The position numbers were made by a program, and so were the translations under genes. This document shows, piece by piece, positions 10,580 through 24,000 of a stretch of DNA of 37,190 bases. The first letter of the stretch is position 1. Every line of letters begins with the position of its first letter. Origin of the DNA: a virus; the IMG/VR virus record IMGVR_UViG_3300031994_000263, positions 1 to 37,190 of that record. One strand, written 5' to 3'. The notes beneath the pieces are model-generated. The model ran no database searches and was not told the origin of the DNA. It saw only the letters and a program-made list of their open reading frames with translations.

Positions 10580-10882
10580 TTGCCTTTCCCAAATTTCATC
10601 AAATTGTTTTATTACATCATTAAAATCTCTCCATTGTCCATTTTCATCAACAACAGAAATACCTAAACTATCCATGCTTCTTATTAAATGATCGCCATAA
10701 CAATCTTCGCATAAAATATCATCATTACTATATTGTTTAAATTCACCAATAGCATCAATTGGTTTTAATGCGGTAATTGGATGGCAAAAGCTATTCTTCT
10801 TAATTATCCTGCCGCATTTACAACAACAAATCTACTACAAAGTAAATTGCGTAAAACTTAAATATTTTTTATCTTCTTCCAT
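10577..10882 (-). CDS. Cys-rich zinc-ribbon-like small protein of 101 aa. It has two consecutive in-frame TAG codons.
   Basis: Reading the reverse complement gives MEEDKKYLSFTQFTL**ICCCKCG...C...CEDCYGDH, ending at TAA 10577-10579. Its ATG lies 2 nt after the stop of the RuvC-like gene. Confidence 0.45.
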
Positions 10883-10884
10883 AT

Positions 10885-11373
10885 TTACCCCCAATTAATT
10901 TCATTATTATCTTTAACCCAATAGGCATCAAATATGCAAATTGCATCTGCCTAATCATCATTTACTTTTATATTATATTTATTCTAAACGTACTAAATGT
11001 CGCGGGGCTTCAATTCGTCGCGCTTTATCCCCCGTCCTTGTTTAATTTTAATGGCGGCCCGCCATTCACTTGCTCCAATGAACTAACATTCAATCTTAGG
11101 ATTAATCTCATATGCAGCAATCACAACAGCTGCTTGAAGCCACATTAATACCTTGTTAGTATGTGAATTAACCTACGGCCGCACTTCCTACATAATAACT
11201 TTATCAACTTTATATTTTTCAATATATGATTTTATCTAATCACGCATTTTAATAATTCTTACAATTACATTTTTATCATTTGTGGAAACGCAGCTATGAA
11301 ATTCTAGGGAAGCGTCCGTGCCAACCGCTACCCCGCTTTGTTTCGTAGATAAATCCAATGCTAAAATCTTCAT
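10885..11373 (-). CDS. ruvC: RuvC-like Holliday-junction resolvase of 162 aa. It has seven in-frame TAG codons.
   Basis: The N-terminus MKILALDLSTKQSGVAVGTD is typical of phage RuvC/YqgF-family resolvases. The RBS gagg lies 7 nt upstream. The gene ends at TAA 10885-10887. Confidence 0.55.
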
Positions 11374-11410
11374 ATCTATACCTCATTTTAAAAATCTTCT
11401 ATTTGACATA

Positions 11411-11439
11411 AGTATAAAATAAATTTCATAATTTGTCAA
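11411..11439 (-). promoter_or_regulatory. Sigma70-like promoter on the - strand with -35 TTGACA (11439..11434), a 17-nt spacer and -10 TATACT (11416..11411).
   Basis: Consensus hexamers about 40 nt upstream of the ruvC-like start codon. Confidence 0.45.
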
Positions 11440-11442
11440 ATA

Positions 11443-11489
11443 AAAAATAAAAGGGAGACTATCTTTAATTAGATAGTCTCCCTTTTTTT
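11443..11489. terminator. Bidirectional hairpin terminator gggagactatct / agatagtctccc, flanked by an A-run and a T-run.
   Basis: A 12-bp perfect inverted repeat at 11453-11464 and 11471-11482, followed by TTTTTTT. Confidence 0.6.
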
Positions 11490-11730
11490 ATTTCTCTATT
11501 TCCGCAGGTTTCATATTATCTATTTGCCGATTCAATTGATCTACTTGCTCTTTTAAAGTATTAATAGCATCAACCGCCGCCTTTACAATTTCATCAAGCA
11601 AATCCATTGACCCGCTTAAATTATTTAAACTTGCTCTTCCTTTTGTTTCAACATTATTTAATGCCTATGACATTAAATTTGCTTTTCCAATAATAAAATC
11701 AACTACATTTTTATCATTATAATTACTCAT
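11488..11730 (-). CDS. Small coiled-coil hypothetical protein of 80 aa with one TAG.
   Basis: The RBS ggag lies 7 nt upstream of ATG 11730..11728. The gene ends at TAA 11488-11490. Confidence 0.4.
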
Positions 11731-11750
11731 TTTAATCTCCTTTTAACTCT

Positions 11751-13541
11751 TTATCCTGTTGTTTTTTTCCAACTGCTGCCATCATATATATAAGGAATCG
11801 CTTTCCGCCAATTAGATCCATCATATATATAAGGAATCGCTTTCCGCCAGCTAGATCCATCATATATATATACATAACCATCATTTGGAAGTATAGCATA
11901 TAAAAGCGTATTAATAGCTCTTGGTATATTGTTATTCCCAGAATCTGGATAACCTCTAATATATAAATAATAAGTATTAGTACCAACATTTGTATTATTA
12001 ATTGTCATCTAAAACTAATTATTTCCATGAGATTCATCATCTGATTTTATATAATATTGTGATGTTGAATCAACTACTCCAGCAGAATCATAGCTAACAT
12101 TACTAGAAGTACATAGATATGCTTGGTCATCCATCCTTGAAGATTGATCAGTTTCTGTATAAATAGTAATAATTCCATTATATGAAATAGTAATTGGAAC
12201 AATAACGCCATTATTACTATTAAACGATATTCGTTTAGGACTTGGATTAGAATTTGATACTGTTATACCATTTATTAAGGTATAAGCAAAAGATTGCGTT
12301 CCTGTTGTTAATACTTGAGAACCAATCCAAGTAACTGTCCCGCTAGAATTAGTTGTAGAATAACCAACATTTACAGTATATGATGTATTATACTATAAAT
12401 TAGAAACAGTTAATAAAGTATTTGTTGTAAGATAACCATATTCACTCCAAGTGTCATATATTGTAGTTTGAGGACTATTTGTTAATCTTACAAAATATCT
12501 TAAATAGTAGCTGCCTCTATCTGATACTGAAAAAAGAATTTGATTTGTATTAATTACCTATGCTGTATATGTTGGAGTCGTTCCGCCTCCGCCAGAAAAA
12601 GTAGCATTTAAATAAAAACTATAAGAACTATTTCCTATTGAATTTACCCATAGATATAAAGTATCTCCTGCTGCACCTGTCCAACTAAAATCGAAATTAC
12701 CAGTAGCAGAATCATCATAGTAAATAGGTCTTCCAGTAGATGGATCATAGTCTCTATCAACTGTCCCAATATATGATTGCATAGATCCATTTAAATTTGA
12801 TGAATAAAGTCTTAATGTGCCTGAATTATCAAAATTAAAAGTAAAAAACCAACCTTCATAAGCGGATCCTGAATGCCAACCTTCAATTGAACTTATAGAA
12901 GTAACATTCGCAGAATCATAATGAGGATAACTATAATTATCAGATGGAGAAGGACCACTCCCAATTGTAACTTGAGCATAAGTCTAGCCCGTATAGCGAT
13001 TTTTTAAATCAGTCCAATCGGTATCACTATCTAAATAATAAACATTTAAATAATACGTTCCATCAGGAATTCCTGCAAATCCGCCTGACGTGCCAGAAGA
13101 ATAACTATTATAAAGAGGAGTTCCAGACCCATATGGATTATCATATAAATATGCGTAGAATTGAGGATTTAAACCAGCATCTAAAATATCTATATTAATA
13201 TTATTGCCAACTACCTAAAAAACATAGGTAGCATTTGTCCCTCCTCCGCCACCACCGCCAGTAGTAGTAAAGCTATCCGAAATAGAATCAATAACAGTTG
13301 TTCCACTCCATATTTCAATCTAAAAAGAATATGTAGTATTTTCGTTTAGTCCGGTATAAGTATAAGTATAATTTACAAGCCATGAAGTGTCTATATTATC
13401 TACCCACTAAACAAAACTATTATTTAACCAAATTCTTAAAGTAACAACAGGGTCTCCACCGGCTCCGCGCAATCCATTAATTATAATATCTACACTATTT
13501 GAATTTTCTTGTATATCATATGAACTATAATATGTTGCCAT
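11751..13541 (-). CDS. Tail fiber or adhesin-like structural protein of 596 aa. It carries a Gly-rich linker, a PPC-like beta-sandwich region and a C-terminal array of 13-aa repeats YIYDGS(S/N)WRKAIP. It has about 9 TAG codons.
   Basis: ORF-track pieces 11751..12008 and 12558..12782 share a frame with ATG 13541, whose RBS gagg lies 8 nt upstream. The frame is interrupted only by TAG and ends at TAA 11751-11753. Confidence 0.5.
11780..11872. repeat. A 39-bp tandem direct repeat in about 2.4 copies. It encodes the 13-aa YIYDGSxWRKAIP repeats at the C-terminus of the fiber gene.
   Basis: catcatatatataaggaatcgctttccgcca(at/gc)tagatc occurs at 11780-11818 and 11819-11857, followed by a partial third copy. 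Confidence 0.8.
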
Positions 13542-13552
13542 AATTTATTACC

Positions 13553-16500
13553 TCAACTAGCTACTATTTTAAAATATACTTGTCCAGGCTGTACTTGTAA
13601 AACAGTTCCCCAACCGCCTGTATTGAAAAAGTCAACAGGATCTTGAGTACTATAAGAATAATCAGAACTTACTGCAAAACCACAATCTAATCTTGCTAAA
13701 CTTCTAAAATATATACGATAGTCTGTTTGAAATGCACTTTCAGTTCCAGCTTGAAGAGACATATTTCTGGCACTTAATATTTTTAAAGCAGTTCCATTTA
13801 AAGTAGTAAATAAAACTCTATTTTGAGCATCTCCAACAGAAGTATTACCATGGGTATCATAAGAAATATATCCAATCTAAGTAGCTCCAGATTGCAAAGG
13901 ATGACCATTATATATATAATAGGCAGCACCGCTACTATATCCTTGACCTGTTGCATAATATTTTCCCGCATAAATAGTTGGAGATTCAATTCTAGTTTCA
14001 TCAATATAAGTAGATTTTATATAGCTTGGTAAGACAGGAATATCAGGTTTATCAGATAAATCATCATAATCGCCAGAAAATGCAACATCCGCTAAATTAT
14101 CTATATCTGCAACATCGCTTGGCAATGCGTCCCAAGAGATACTAGAACCGGGTCCTAATGTAATATTTCCACTAACTGTTACGTTACCTTGACTATCTAC
14201 CTTAAAAGTGGTTCCAGTGCCACTCTTATATGCGCTAATTCCATCTGTTCCTATATATAATCCAGATGCAGCCTTGTTTAAAGAATCTTTGGTTCCTGAA
14301 TAAATATAACCTCTTACAATATCATCTTGAGACGTATCATTATTATATCCAATAGTCCATCCATTAGAACCACCAATATGACCACTATTTGCGGTTATAT
14401 CTCCTGCCATAGATACATCACCATCTGCGGTTATTATAAAATTATACTTATTATTAGCACTATCCCAACCAGCTTGTAATAATTTATCTTTTGGATTTTG
14501 ACCTATTTGTGCAGAATTATTAACAAAGAAATTATATCTACCCGAATTAGTTCTACCAGCTTTTAAATCACCAACAAATGTAACATTTCCATTTGTATCA
14601 ACTGTAAAATTATAATAAGTAATTGGTCCATCTGTACGTTTCCCCGCATTAACAACACCATCATGAGAAACTGTAAAATTACCTTGACCAGTTGATAAAT
14701 TTCCGTCTTGATCAACAGAAAAACCATCATTACCAAATTTAATGCGGGGTGTCGTTAAATCAATCAGCATACCAGCTCCCGCTTCATTACTACTACTATA
14801 AGAGCTTGGTAACCCAGTTTGTGAATTATATGAACTCCAGAAATTATGACTATAAAGCATAGCCTTATCATTTTGTATATTACCATTATTATCAACTGTC
14901 CCTGGATCAATAATAATTTGACCATTCCCGTTTCCAAATAAAGCTGAGCCATTTTTACTATTGATAAAAAAAGAACGACTGCCTTGATTATATCCAAATA
15001 ATCCAATATCAGATTGACTTTTCATAGGATTTTTTACTTCTCCCATGAGCACACCAGTAAATCTATTTTGATTATCTTTGGCCCCGGCTCCCATTTGAGG
15101 AGCAAGAATATATCCGTCTTCATTATTAATTTGAATACTATTACCATCCCACCCATTTAAATGAGCAAAATTATATCTATTTAAATAAAAATGAATAGGA
15201 ATATTAATTATACCATTACTATTTTGATATCTAACAGAGTTATTAACACATTCACCTTTATAAAAACCAATAGGCTGAATCTTAAATTGGTCTTGACTAT
15301 CTTGCACTAAATCTCCAGAAGACTGAAGACTCCAAGTGTTTCCATTTTTTACTTTTGTATTGCCTAATACTGTACAAGTTCCATTGTTACCATCTGTAAA
15401 TTCAAAAGGTAAACTACTATATTCAGGTTGCATACCCTAAGAAGAATACATAACATAATGAAAGCCGGTTCCGTCTACCAAACCAAAAGAAGAATCATCA
15501 TCTGTCATATAAGCAGTTATAAATGGAATTGCTCCATAATATATATGACCATTATAAGTAATTTCACATTCAATTACATTTGCGCGCGACCGCGTGTCAT
15601 TTAAAGCTAAACTACCTGTATATGTCATAATTCCTGTTGACTAGTTAATAGTAAAATCACTTTCATCTTCAACAGGAGACCCGTTCTATGTACCGTAACG
15701 ATTTTTTAAGACTCTCCACTTAACTGTATAGCCCGATGGAACTGGTTCGCCACCATGTAAAAATTGAACTTTTAACAAGGGCTTTAAACTTAAATTAGGA
15801 TTAACTGTATAATTATCATATGCGTCTAATCCATAGTTTAATTTGTAATTTCCATTACTAAATTTTGTTATCATAGGAAACAAGGGCGGGCTTGCCATTT
15901 TGGTATTTGGAATTATATTTACATAATAATCAGTACCATTAGTGCCTATTTGACCCTATTTAGTAAATGTTAAATTAGTTTGAGCAAACGATGTAGCACC
16001 ATCGTATGTAACCTATAAAATAATCTGATTAATAGTTTTTCTAACATCATATCGCTATACAAGATCATAAGTTAATGAGCTAACATTCTAAACAATATAA
16101 TAATTATCAATAATAGTTTGCGGCGGATCAGGTAACGTCAATAATGTGTTAGCCGCAGGAACCCGCCATCTAACACTAGCTCTTGAATCTATTAATCCAT
16201 CATGGAATATCTATATCTCATTTCCTGTATCATCATATAGTTTAAAGCCTAGCTATTGAATTATTTGGGGATTCTATAAAGTTCTACTTGTAGGAGAAAT
16301 ACCTTTTTCATTATATTTATATAATACAGTACCATTCTAAATAACAAGAGGATTAGTACCCTCTCCCTACATAGAATTACTTAATTTAATTGATGCAGTT
16401 CCTATTAAATGATCTTCCCCGTTGTACCGATCATATGCGCTGCATCTATATATAGCAAAATTATATATATATCTTGCTTCAACATGTAAACTATTTGTCG

Positions 16501-17908
16501 TCTATAAAAATTGCTATAACTAGCCACCATTATTTTGCCAGCCCCAGGCATAAACTAAATCGCCATGACTATATATATTTGAAACAACACACTATAATAA
16601 TGTCTAGCCAATTCCATAATAAAACTAAGTTCCTGTTGTAGAATTAATTACAATAGAAGCGGCTAGCGCTGTAAGATTCTGAACATTTATCTATTTAGTA
16701 ATAACATTTCCTTCATAAACTGCGGCAACCTTCATTCTATTATTTTGTGCAAATGCTTGACTGAATGGGAACTCATAAGTATCACCATATGATAACCATT
16801 GAATAGTTGCAGCTCCGCCTTGAGGCTGAATTGTACTACTTTCATTTATACATTTCCAGCCGCGGCCAAGATATTTATTATACTTACCTTCGCTTTGTGG
16901 ATTAACTCGAAGATCTTCAGTGCCCCAATAAAACTAAACATTCTATGAGGAAACAACTCTACCTTTAAATTTTACTTGTGCTTGAAGAATTTTTGGTTCA
17001 TCTGTACTATTTAAAAATATAAGCCCACGAGGCGAGATAATAGATAAACCCAATCCATTTAATTCTTCCTAAGACATTCTAACTGCGCAACTCAATTCAA
17101 AATCAGTAAGTTCAATCTAATAATTCTCAATTATTCTAGTATGAGATTCTCCTGTTGAATTTGGAAAATCTTTATTAAATATCGTTATTTTTTTAACTCT
17201 AACAAAATTCTAACTATCTATATCAAAAATAGCATATTGTCTTGTAGGATATATTAAATTATATGGATTATCCACCATCCTATCTTCATCAAGAATATAA
17301 TCACGAATAATCCCATCATGATTTTTTTCATCTTTAAATTCTAAAGTAAATTTAATACCATAACTTCCTGTCTTTTGCTTTTCTAATGGAATATCAGTTT
17401 TTACGTTCATTCCAATAATAATAGAAGAAGCCTATTTAATATATTGATTTAATTCAGCAACGCTTAAATTAACTAAATTTATATTATTATCAATATCATA
17501 AATATCATATAAATAATCAGCTATGTCAATATCAAGATAAAACTTATCATAGGGCGCGGTGCCGCCACGAATCACGTTAGAGCCAATCACATTATACGCC
17601 TAATCGCCGACCGCCGCGCTTATATAATCTGCACCCAGCTTATCAACCATACCAATGATTGTTTTCTATTGCCGCATATCGTTACCTGGTACTAAAATAT
17701 ATACAAGCGTTCCTTTAGATAATCTAATATCGGGATTATTTGTATAGGCATAAAATATAGCATCTTGATATTTACATCTATATTTACCAACTACCTAATC
17801 TTCGCATGATAAAATCTGCGCTTGAATTGTTTTATCATATCCTGCTTTTTGAACAGAATTATTAGCTAACAATTCAATTGCATCTAAGATTTTTTCATTT
17901 ACATCCAT
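13553..17908 (-). CDS. Giant tail fiber or host-recognition structural protein of 1451 aa. It has a very high density of in-frame TAG codons, around 70, and stops at TGA 13553-13555.
   Basis: Five ORF-track pieces (13553.., 13877..15433, 15437.., 15686.., 17210..17410) all share one frame with ATG 17908. The RBS ggagg is 8 nt upstream. Every boundary between pieces is the + strand sequence cta, which is TAG. The C-terminal motif SGDYDDLSDKPDIP is typical of phage tail fibers. Confidence 0.55.
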
Positions 17909-17936
17909 ATTGGATTTCCTCCTTTTATCTCTTTAT

Positions 17937-17965
17937 ATTCTAACATAAATTTTGAAATTTGTCAA
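17937..17965 (-). promoter_or_regulatory. Sigma70-like promoter on the - strand with -35 TTGACA (17965..17960), a 17-nt spacer and -10 TAGAAT (17942..17937). It drives the giant fiber gene.
   Basis: The hexamers and spacing were read on the reverse complement. The promoter lies between the tape-measure terminator and the fiber RBS. Confidence 0.4.
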
Positions 17966-17992
17966 ATTAGAATATGATATAAAAATAAAGAG

Positions 17993-18016
17993 ATATAAGG
18001 GGTTATTAGCCCCTTA
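17993..18016 (-). terminator. Hairpin terminator ataagggg...ccccttat immediately after the tape-measure stop codon, followed by a T-rich tract in the - sense.
   Basis: An 8-bp GC-containing inverted repeat, then tctctttattttt in the minus sense. Confidence 0.4.
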
Positions 18017-18018
18017 TA

Positions 18019-21000
18019 TCATCTTCTTTTCATTGCTCTTTGTGCAGCAAGATTAACTAAATCATTTAATGCTTCTTCAATTTCTCTCTTGCTATTAACA
18101 TTCGGGAACGATGCTTGAATATTAACATTCTGATCAACAGACTCAGTAGATCTATTATTATTAATATTATTAGAGCCACTATTCAACGAACTAAGTCTTG
18201 TAGAAATATTACCGCCAAGGTTATCAACGATACTTCTTAAAATTGCTACGCTGTCAAGCATATTCTTAGTATCATCAGCATTAAGAACAAGCTCTTTTTG
18301 ATGAAGCATAGCAAGACGGCCTTCAGGTCCCCAAGAGCCAGTGTAACCACCAGTGTCAAAACCACTGGTACCAAGACCCCATTTATATTTATCTCTCATT
18401 TTATAGAAATCAAAAATATCTAAATAATAATCTTTAAATTTAGGACCTGGCTCAATAATATGAAAACGACCTAACTCTTTTAATACTTCATCATAAAGTT
18501 TTTGAGCTTTTTTCTTTGTCATTCCTAAACTATTTATAAAGCCATGCTATTCTAATAGTTCTCTATACTGCTCTCCAGGATGATAGAATTCATTCCACGA
18601 ACCACCATAATAAATATTACCTGCGATTCCTTCGGCGGTAGAAACACCATTAGGATTAATTGTTTCTTCCTTTTCTTTACTTGGAGTTTGCTAAGATGAA
18701 GTTGCAGTAGAACTTCCACTTCCTGTTGTCCCACTTCCACTTGATGTAGATGTAGGAATTGAAGCAGGTACCGTAGTAGGCGCAGCAGGTAAAGATTGCG
18801 GCTGTTCCGCAACAGATTGATGTTGGTAAAACCTATTTTCATCTTTTGCAGCTTCTGCCGCTGCAATAGCATTTTGTGCCTATCTATATCTATTAGCTTC
18901 ATCAACCGCTGTTTTAGCAGCGTCATATACAGCTTGATATTTCGCAATTAAAGCATCAAGTTCATCTTTAAGATTTCTAATAGCATTAATCATATCATTC
19001 TGCATTTTGCTAATTAATTCATCATTTTGAGTAATTAATCCACTAAATGCTTCTGCTGCATCATCAATGCCATCCTTAAGTTGACCAAAATCTTCATCCG
19101 CAACACTTTGTAAAGTATCTAATTCACGTTCATAATCCTACGTTGCGGCATCCAAATCATTAAATCCTTGCTGGCAAGCTGGAATAAAACCGCCTTCTCC
19201 AGCAAATGTATTTGCCATTTCTTGAATACCGTTATTCCAAGTAGGAATAAGCTCTCCCATTAATGCTTCTTTTTCACTCTAAATCATAGATTGATAAGCA
19301 TTATAATCACCATCATATAGAGCTGCATAATCTATAAAAGCAGATTCCATTAAATTAGTTCTAATAACTTCATTTTCTGCAACTTTATTATTAATATACT
19401 CTCCATATTGATCACGAAGCAACGCTAATTGTCTAACTCTCTATTCCTCTGATAATGAAGTATCTAAAACAATTTCTTTATATTTAGATTGAAAATCTCT
19501 CCATGCAGAAAGTATATCATCTAAATTCTTTTGATAAGCATTTTTATCAAAATTATAAAGATCATTCTGCGCTTTAGCTAAAGCCTCTTCTGCATTAGCA
19601 ATCTATTCTTGGTTTGCCGCATAAACATAAGAATAATTACCCTGAGAGTCTCTTCTCAACCGCAATGATGTTTTATTCTTCTTTTGATCTTCAAGAGCCA
19701 ATCTAGCCTGTTCAATTTGAAGAATCTTTTCAGCTCTATCAACATCATATTGAGTTAATTTATCTTTATCCCTTAAATTCTTTAGTTGCTCATCTAAAAC
19801 CTTTTGTAAAGCTCTTTGATTCTTTAAGCTCTTATCATCATTAATAATATTAGTATATTTTAACTGAAGCTATTGAATTGCAAATGCAGAATTAATTTCA
19901 TCTAAATACTCATTTGCATTTTTATTCATTAACTCCCATTCCATTTCAATATAATCAGTACCTAACCCACCAGTAATACGCTTGTCTAATGTATCAAAGA
20001 TTTTATTAATAGCATTAGTATATTTATTTTGTAGTAATTCAACAGACTGAGTAATAGCGGAATTAAGATCTTGAACCGTTTGCATATACTCTTGTTTCCA
20101 TTTCTATGCAAGATTACTTTCACCTCTAGCCACCGCCGCATCCCATTCTTGTTTAGATAAATCACGATATTGTTTTAAGAAATCAATTTGCTTTAATTGA
20201 TTTTCTTGTTGCTTACTATAATAGGCGTTCATTGCTTCATACTGTTTATCGCCATAAAGTAACTGTAATAAATCAATATCATGTTCATACAAATCATTTA
20301 CAAAATCATAATCTTCAAGTTGTTTCTGAGCTAAATCACTAACATCATCAACAGTATCAAGAATTGCTTTGTCAACATCTTGAATCAATCCTTCAATACT
20401 CTACATTGAATTCATTAAAGTATCTAAATCACCTTTAAGATGCTACATTGCTTGCGCTTTATCATCACCATATATAGCATCCTTGCCCATCTTATCAATC
20501 TAATCAATGATATTCATTGTTTCATTTAAAGATTGAGTTAAGGCTTGGATAGAATTAGAGCTAGAAACATCAAAATAAGAATTATAGTCAGCAATAGAGC
20601 GGTTAACATCTTTAATTAAAGTTTCAGTGCTAGAATCTCTAAGAACATTATCCGCTTGCTCAACTTCACGTTTAAACTGATTCCAGTCTCTGCGGGCTTC
20701 GCCCATATCAAGACGAATTTCAAGAGCCATTCTAAAACGCTTGATATTAATTTCAATTTGCTTTTGAGAAATTTCAGTAATCTCATCTGTAAGATCTTCC
20801 ATATTATCTCTCAAAGAATCGAAATTCTTAATCGCAGTTTCAATATCCTTCTGATAATCTTGAGCTTTCTTAAGTTGTCTTTCAGCTTCTGTAATTTGAT
20901 CTTTTAATGCATCTTTGGCTGTTTTTTCAGTTATTGCGTTATATTGTTCAACAAGGCCATTATACGCATCAATTAAGCCATTAACAACACCTTGTTGATG

Positions 21001-24000
21001 TCCTAATAAATCAAAATAATTAGAAATGCGGTCTTCCGCATCAAAAGTTGCTCCCATCGCGGCGAGCTTTTCTTTTTGTTGCGCAAGATCTTGCTTTTGT
21101 AAATTAATTTTTTCTCTTAATTTAACTTTTTGTTTTTCTAATATATCTGTTTGTTTATTAAGATTTGCAATTAACTATTTACCAAAAAGACGATCTTGAA
21201 TTTTTTGTGTTCTTTCAAGTTCTCGATTGATTTCAGAGATTTCAATATTTATGTCATGATAAATATCTCTATCATCTTTTATATGTTCTTTAGTATCTTT
21301 TGTAGAAGTGTCTGGTTTTGGCTCAGAAGACTTTTTAGTTTTTGTCTATTTCTTTGGAGAAGCGGCCCCTCCAGCATTTCGTGCAGAATAATTACTAAAG
21401 TGAGGAGTTGCTTTTTTAGTAATTGTTTTTATCTGCGGTGTCACTCCATTAGTGGACAGCGCAGGAACGTCTACAAAACCATCTATTGTTTCAGTAGTGT
21501 CTTCTACAAAATGCTTAACAACTGGAAAACTTGCCGTAAATTGTCTATTCGCAGAGTCCACGCCATCAAACTATGCTCTATCAATTTCTCTATATACGTC
21601 TTGTGAAGCCGGAATTTCTTGAGTAATTGGCATTTGTTCTGTAACAAATGTAGGTTCAAATCCTAAAGAATCAAATAGTGCATTAATTTGATCAGCATCT
21701 AATTGTAATAAATTAACAAGATTCTGCATTTTAGTAAGGAACGGCCCATCATGAAGCTCCATACCCACTTCAAAATTAGGAATTTGAGCTTGAATATCTG
21801 CAAGAGAAGACCAAATTTCACTAGCTAGCCCTTCTAAAGCATTTTTACTAATTATTCCCTAAACAATAGTCACTGTCAAAGCTTGCTTTAATCCATTAAT
21901 TGCATCTGCACTACCATTTGAAGCTTCTGTGATTAAATCTAAATGCTATTTTACAAAATCATTAGTAACATAATCTTTACTAACATCTAATAATTGAGCA
22001 AGAGCATCTCTAGCACCAATCATAGCAATTTCAAATTCTTCACTAGATTCGGCACTCTTTTGTAATACATCTACCCATGCATCCCAATCTTTACCAAGAG
22101 CCTCAAATCCATCATTCATCTTCATAATGGATTTAGCAACTATTTCTGCGGCATCCGCATTATTAATTAACTAATTATTTAGATCATCTGCGCTCTAAGC
22201 AATACTTTGTAAATAAGAAGTAAAATTTTCAAGCTAAACAGTATTTAATCCTTCTAAGTCTAATTCATCATTAAGCTGAATCGCCGCAGCGTTAAAAGCT
22301 TGCAATATAACCCTTGCTTCTTCTGAAGATTCCCCAAAACTTTGAATATCTATTTTTGCATCTTCATACAGAATTTTTAAATCTTTAATACTTTCAGCTG
22401 AACTAAAAATTGCATAAGAATTTTCATATAAAGCTTTAGTATTTTCTATTAATTTCTAATTATAATCAATATTTCCAATTTCATCTAAAGCGTCTAACAT
22501 TTCTCTTAATGCATTAGTACGCTCTTGAATATCAGTGCTCTAAATAGATAATAACCAAGGAAGAACATTATAACCGTTCTAAGATAATACATCAAAAACC
22601 TATGAATTTTGATTTAAAGTTGGAACCAAAGATTCTAAATCAGATTCTAATGAACCTCTTATTCTATTAAGATCAGGAGTATTACCAGAGGAAAGGATAT
22701 TCTTTAATCGATTTTGATATTGAATAATACTATCAATATTATCCTTAAACCCTTGAAGACTTAAATTATTAACCGTTTCATAAAATTCTTTAGCATCACC
22801 TGTCATCTTATATTGACCATTTGCCATATAAGAAAAGAATGCTTGAACCTATGGATCTAATTTCTAAAATTCTTTTTTACTAATAGTTTGTTTCTTACTA
22901 CTAGAAATTTGATCACTTAAACTACTATATAAATCATATGTCGCTTGTGCAGATTCTATCGCTGAAGTTGGAGTAATAACCTAAGTTAATTCATTTAATC
23001 TATCTAATGTTTCATTACTAGATAAATATTTAATAATTTTCTATAATTCATTCCAGCTATCAATAGATTTTAATTCAAAATTATCTTGTAAAAAAGCTAA
23101 AGAATCAGAATCAAGATTTAAAAGTAATTTTTGAGTATCTGTATCTGTGAAACCAAATTTTTCTTTAAGTTGATCAATATAAGTAACCGTTGTATTAAAC
23201 TAATTATATAATTTTTTATAAGATTCATTTAAATAATTATCAACTAATCTTACCGCATCTTCATAAGAAGCTCCGTTCAATTTCCAAAGCTATATAATTA
23301 ATTGATTTCTTTGTTTTAAATATTCTTCCCCAGTATCTATCTTTCCAAAATTAGAATTTTCACTGTTATAAATATCTAATTTTAGCTAAGATTCAAATAA
23401 CTATTTTTGAGAAGTTCTATATTCTTCTATGGTGCTGGCCATAGAATTTAACCAACTTTGAATATTTTTATATAACTGCGAACTAACTTTCTATTCTGCT
23501 GTTAAATTAGCTTCATTTATTTGAGTATTTAATGAATCATAAAGCTATAAAATAGCATCCCTGCTATAGTCAACGACAGTAAATAAATTTTTACCGTCTT
23601 TAACAAAACCACCAGATATTAACTACTAATATAATTTCTAGTCGCCTGAAGTAAAATTATGAGTATAACCACTTTGAAAATCTAAACGATAATCACTACC
23701 ACCATGATATTTTTGTCCCTATTTAGTATCATCAGCAACAGACAAAATATTAGATTTAGCAGAAGCATATTCTGTTCTTAAAGATTCTAAACGCTATTTT
23801 TCTCGTTCAATCCTTGCTTGTTTAATGCTTTCAGTTAAATTATCATAATTCCCAGTTAATTTTTGAATATAATCTTCTTCTACATCATATTCTTTTGTCA
23901 GTTTTTCAATTTCCGCACGCAGTTGAGACCTTGATAATTCTCCCTATGAAACTAAATCATTAATTTTAGTTAATAATTCTTGACTATTTTCAATTTGAGA

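Noticed and set aside
18552-18947. A 131-aa ORF on the - strand inside the tape-measure region
   Set aside because: It is out of frame with the eleven other tape-measure fragments. It is an alternate-frame artefact and its product (LLRLLRYLLQFLHLHQ...) looks like nonsense.
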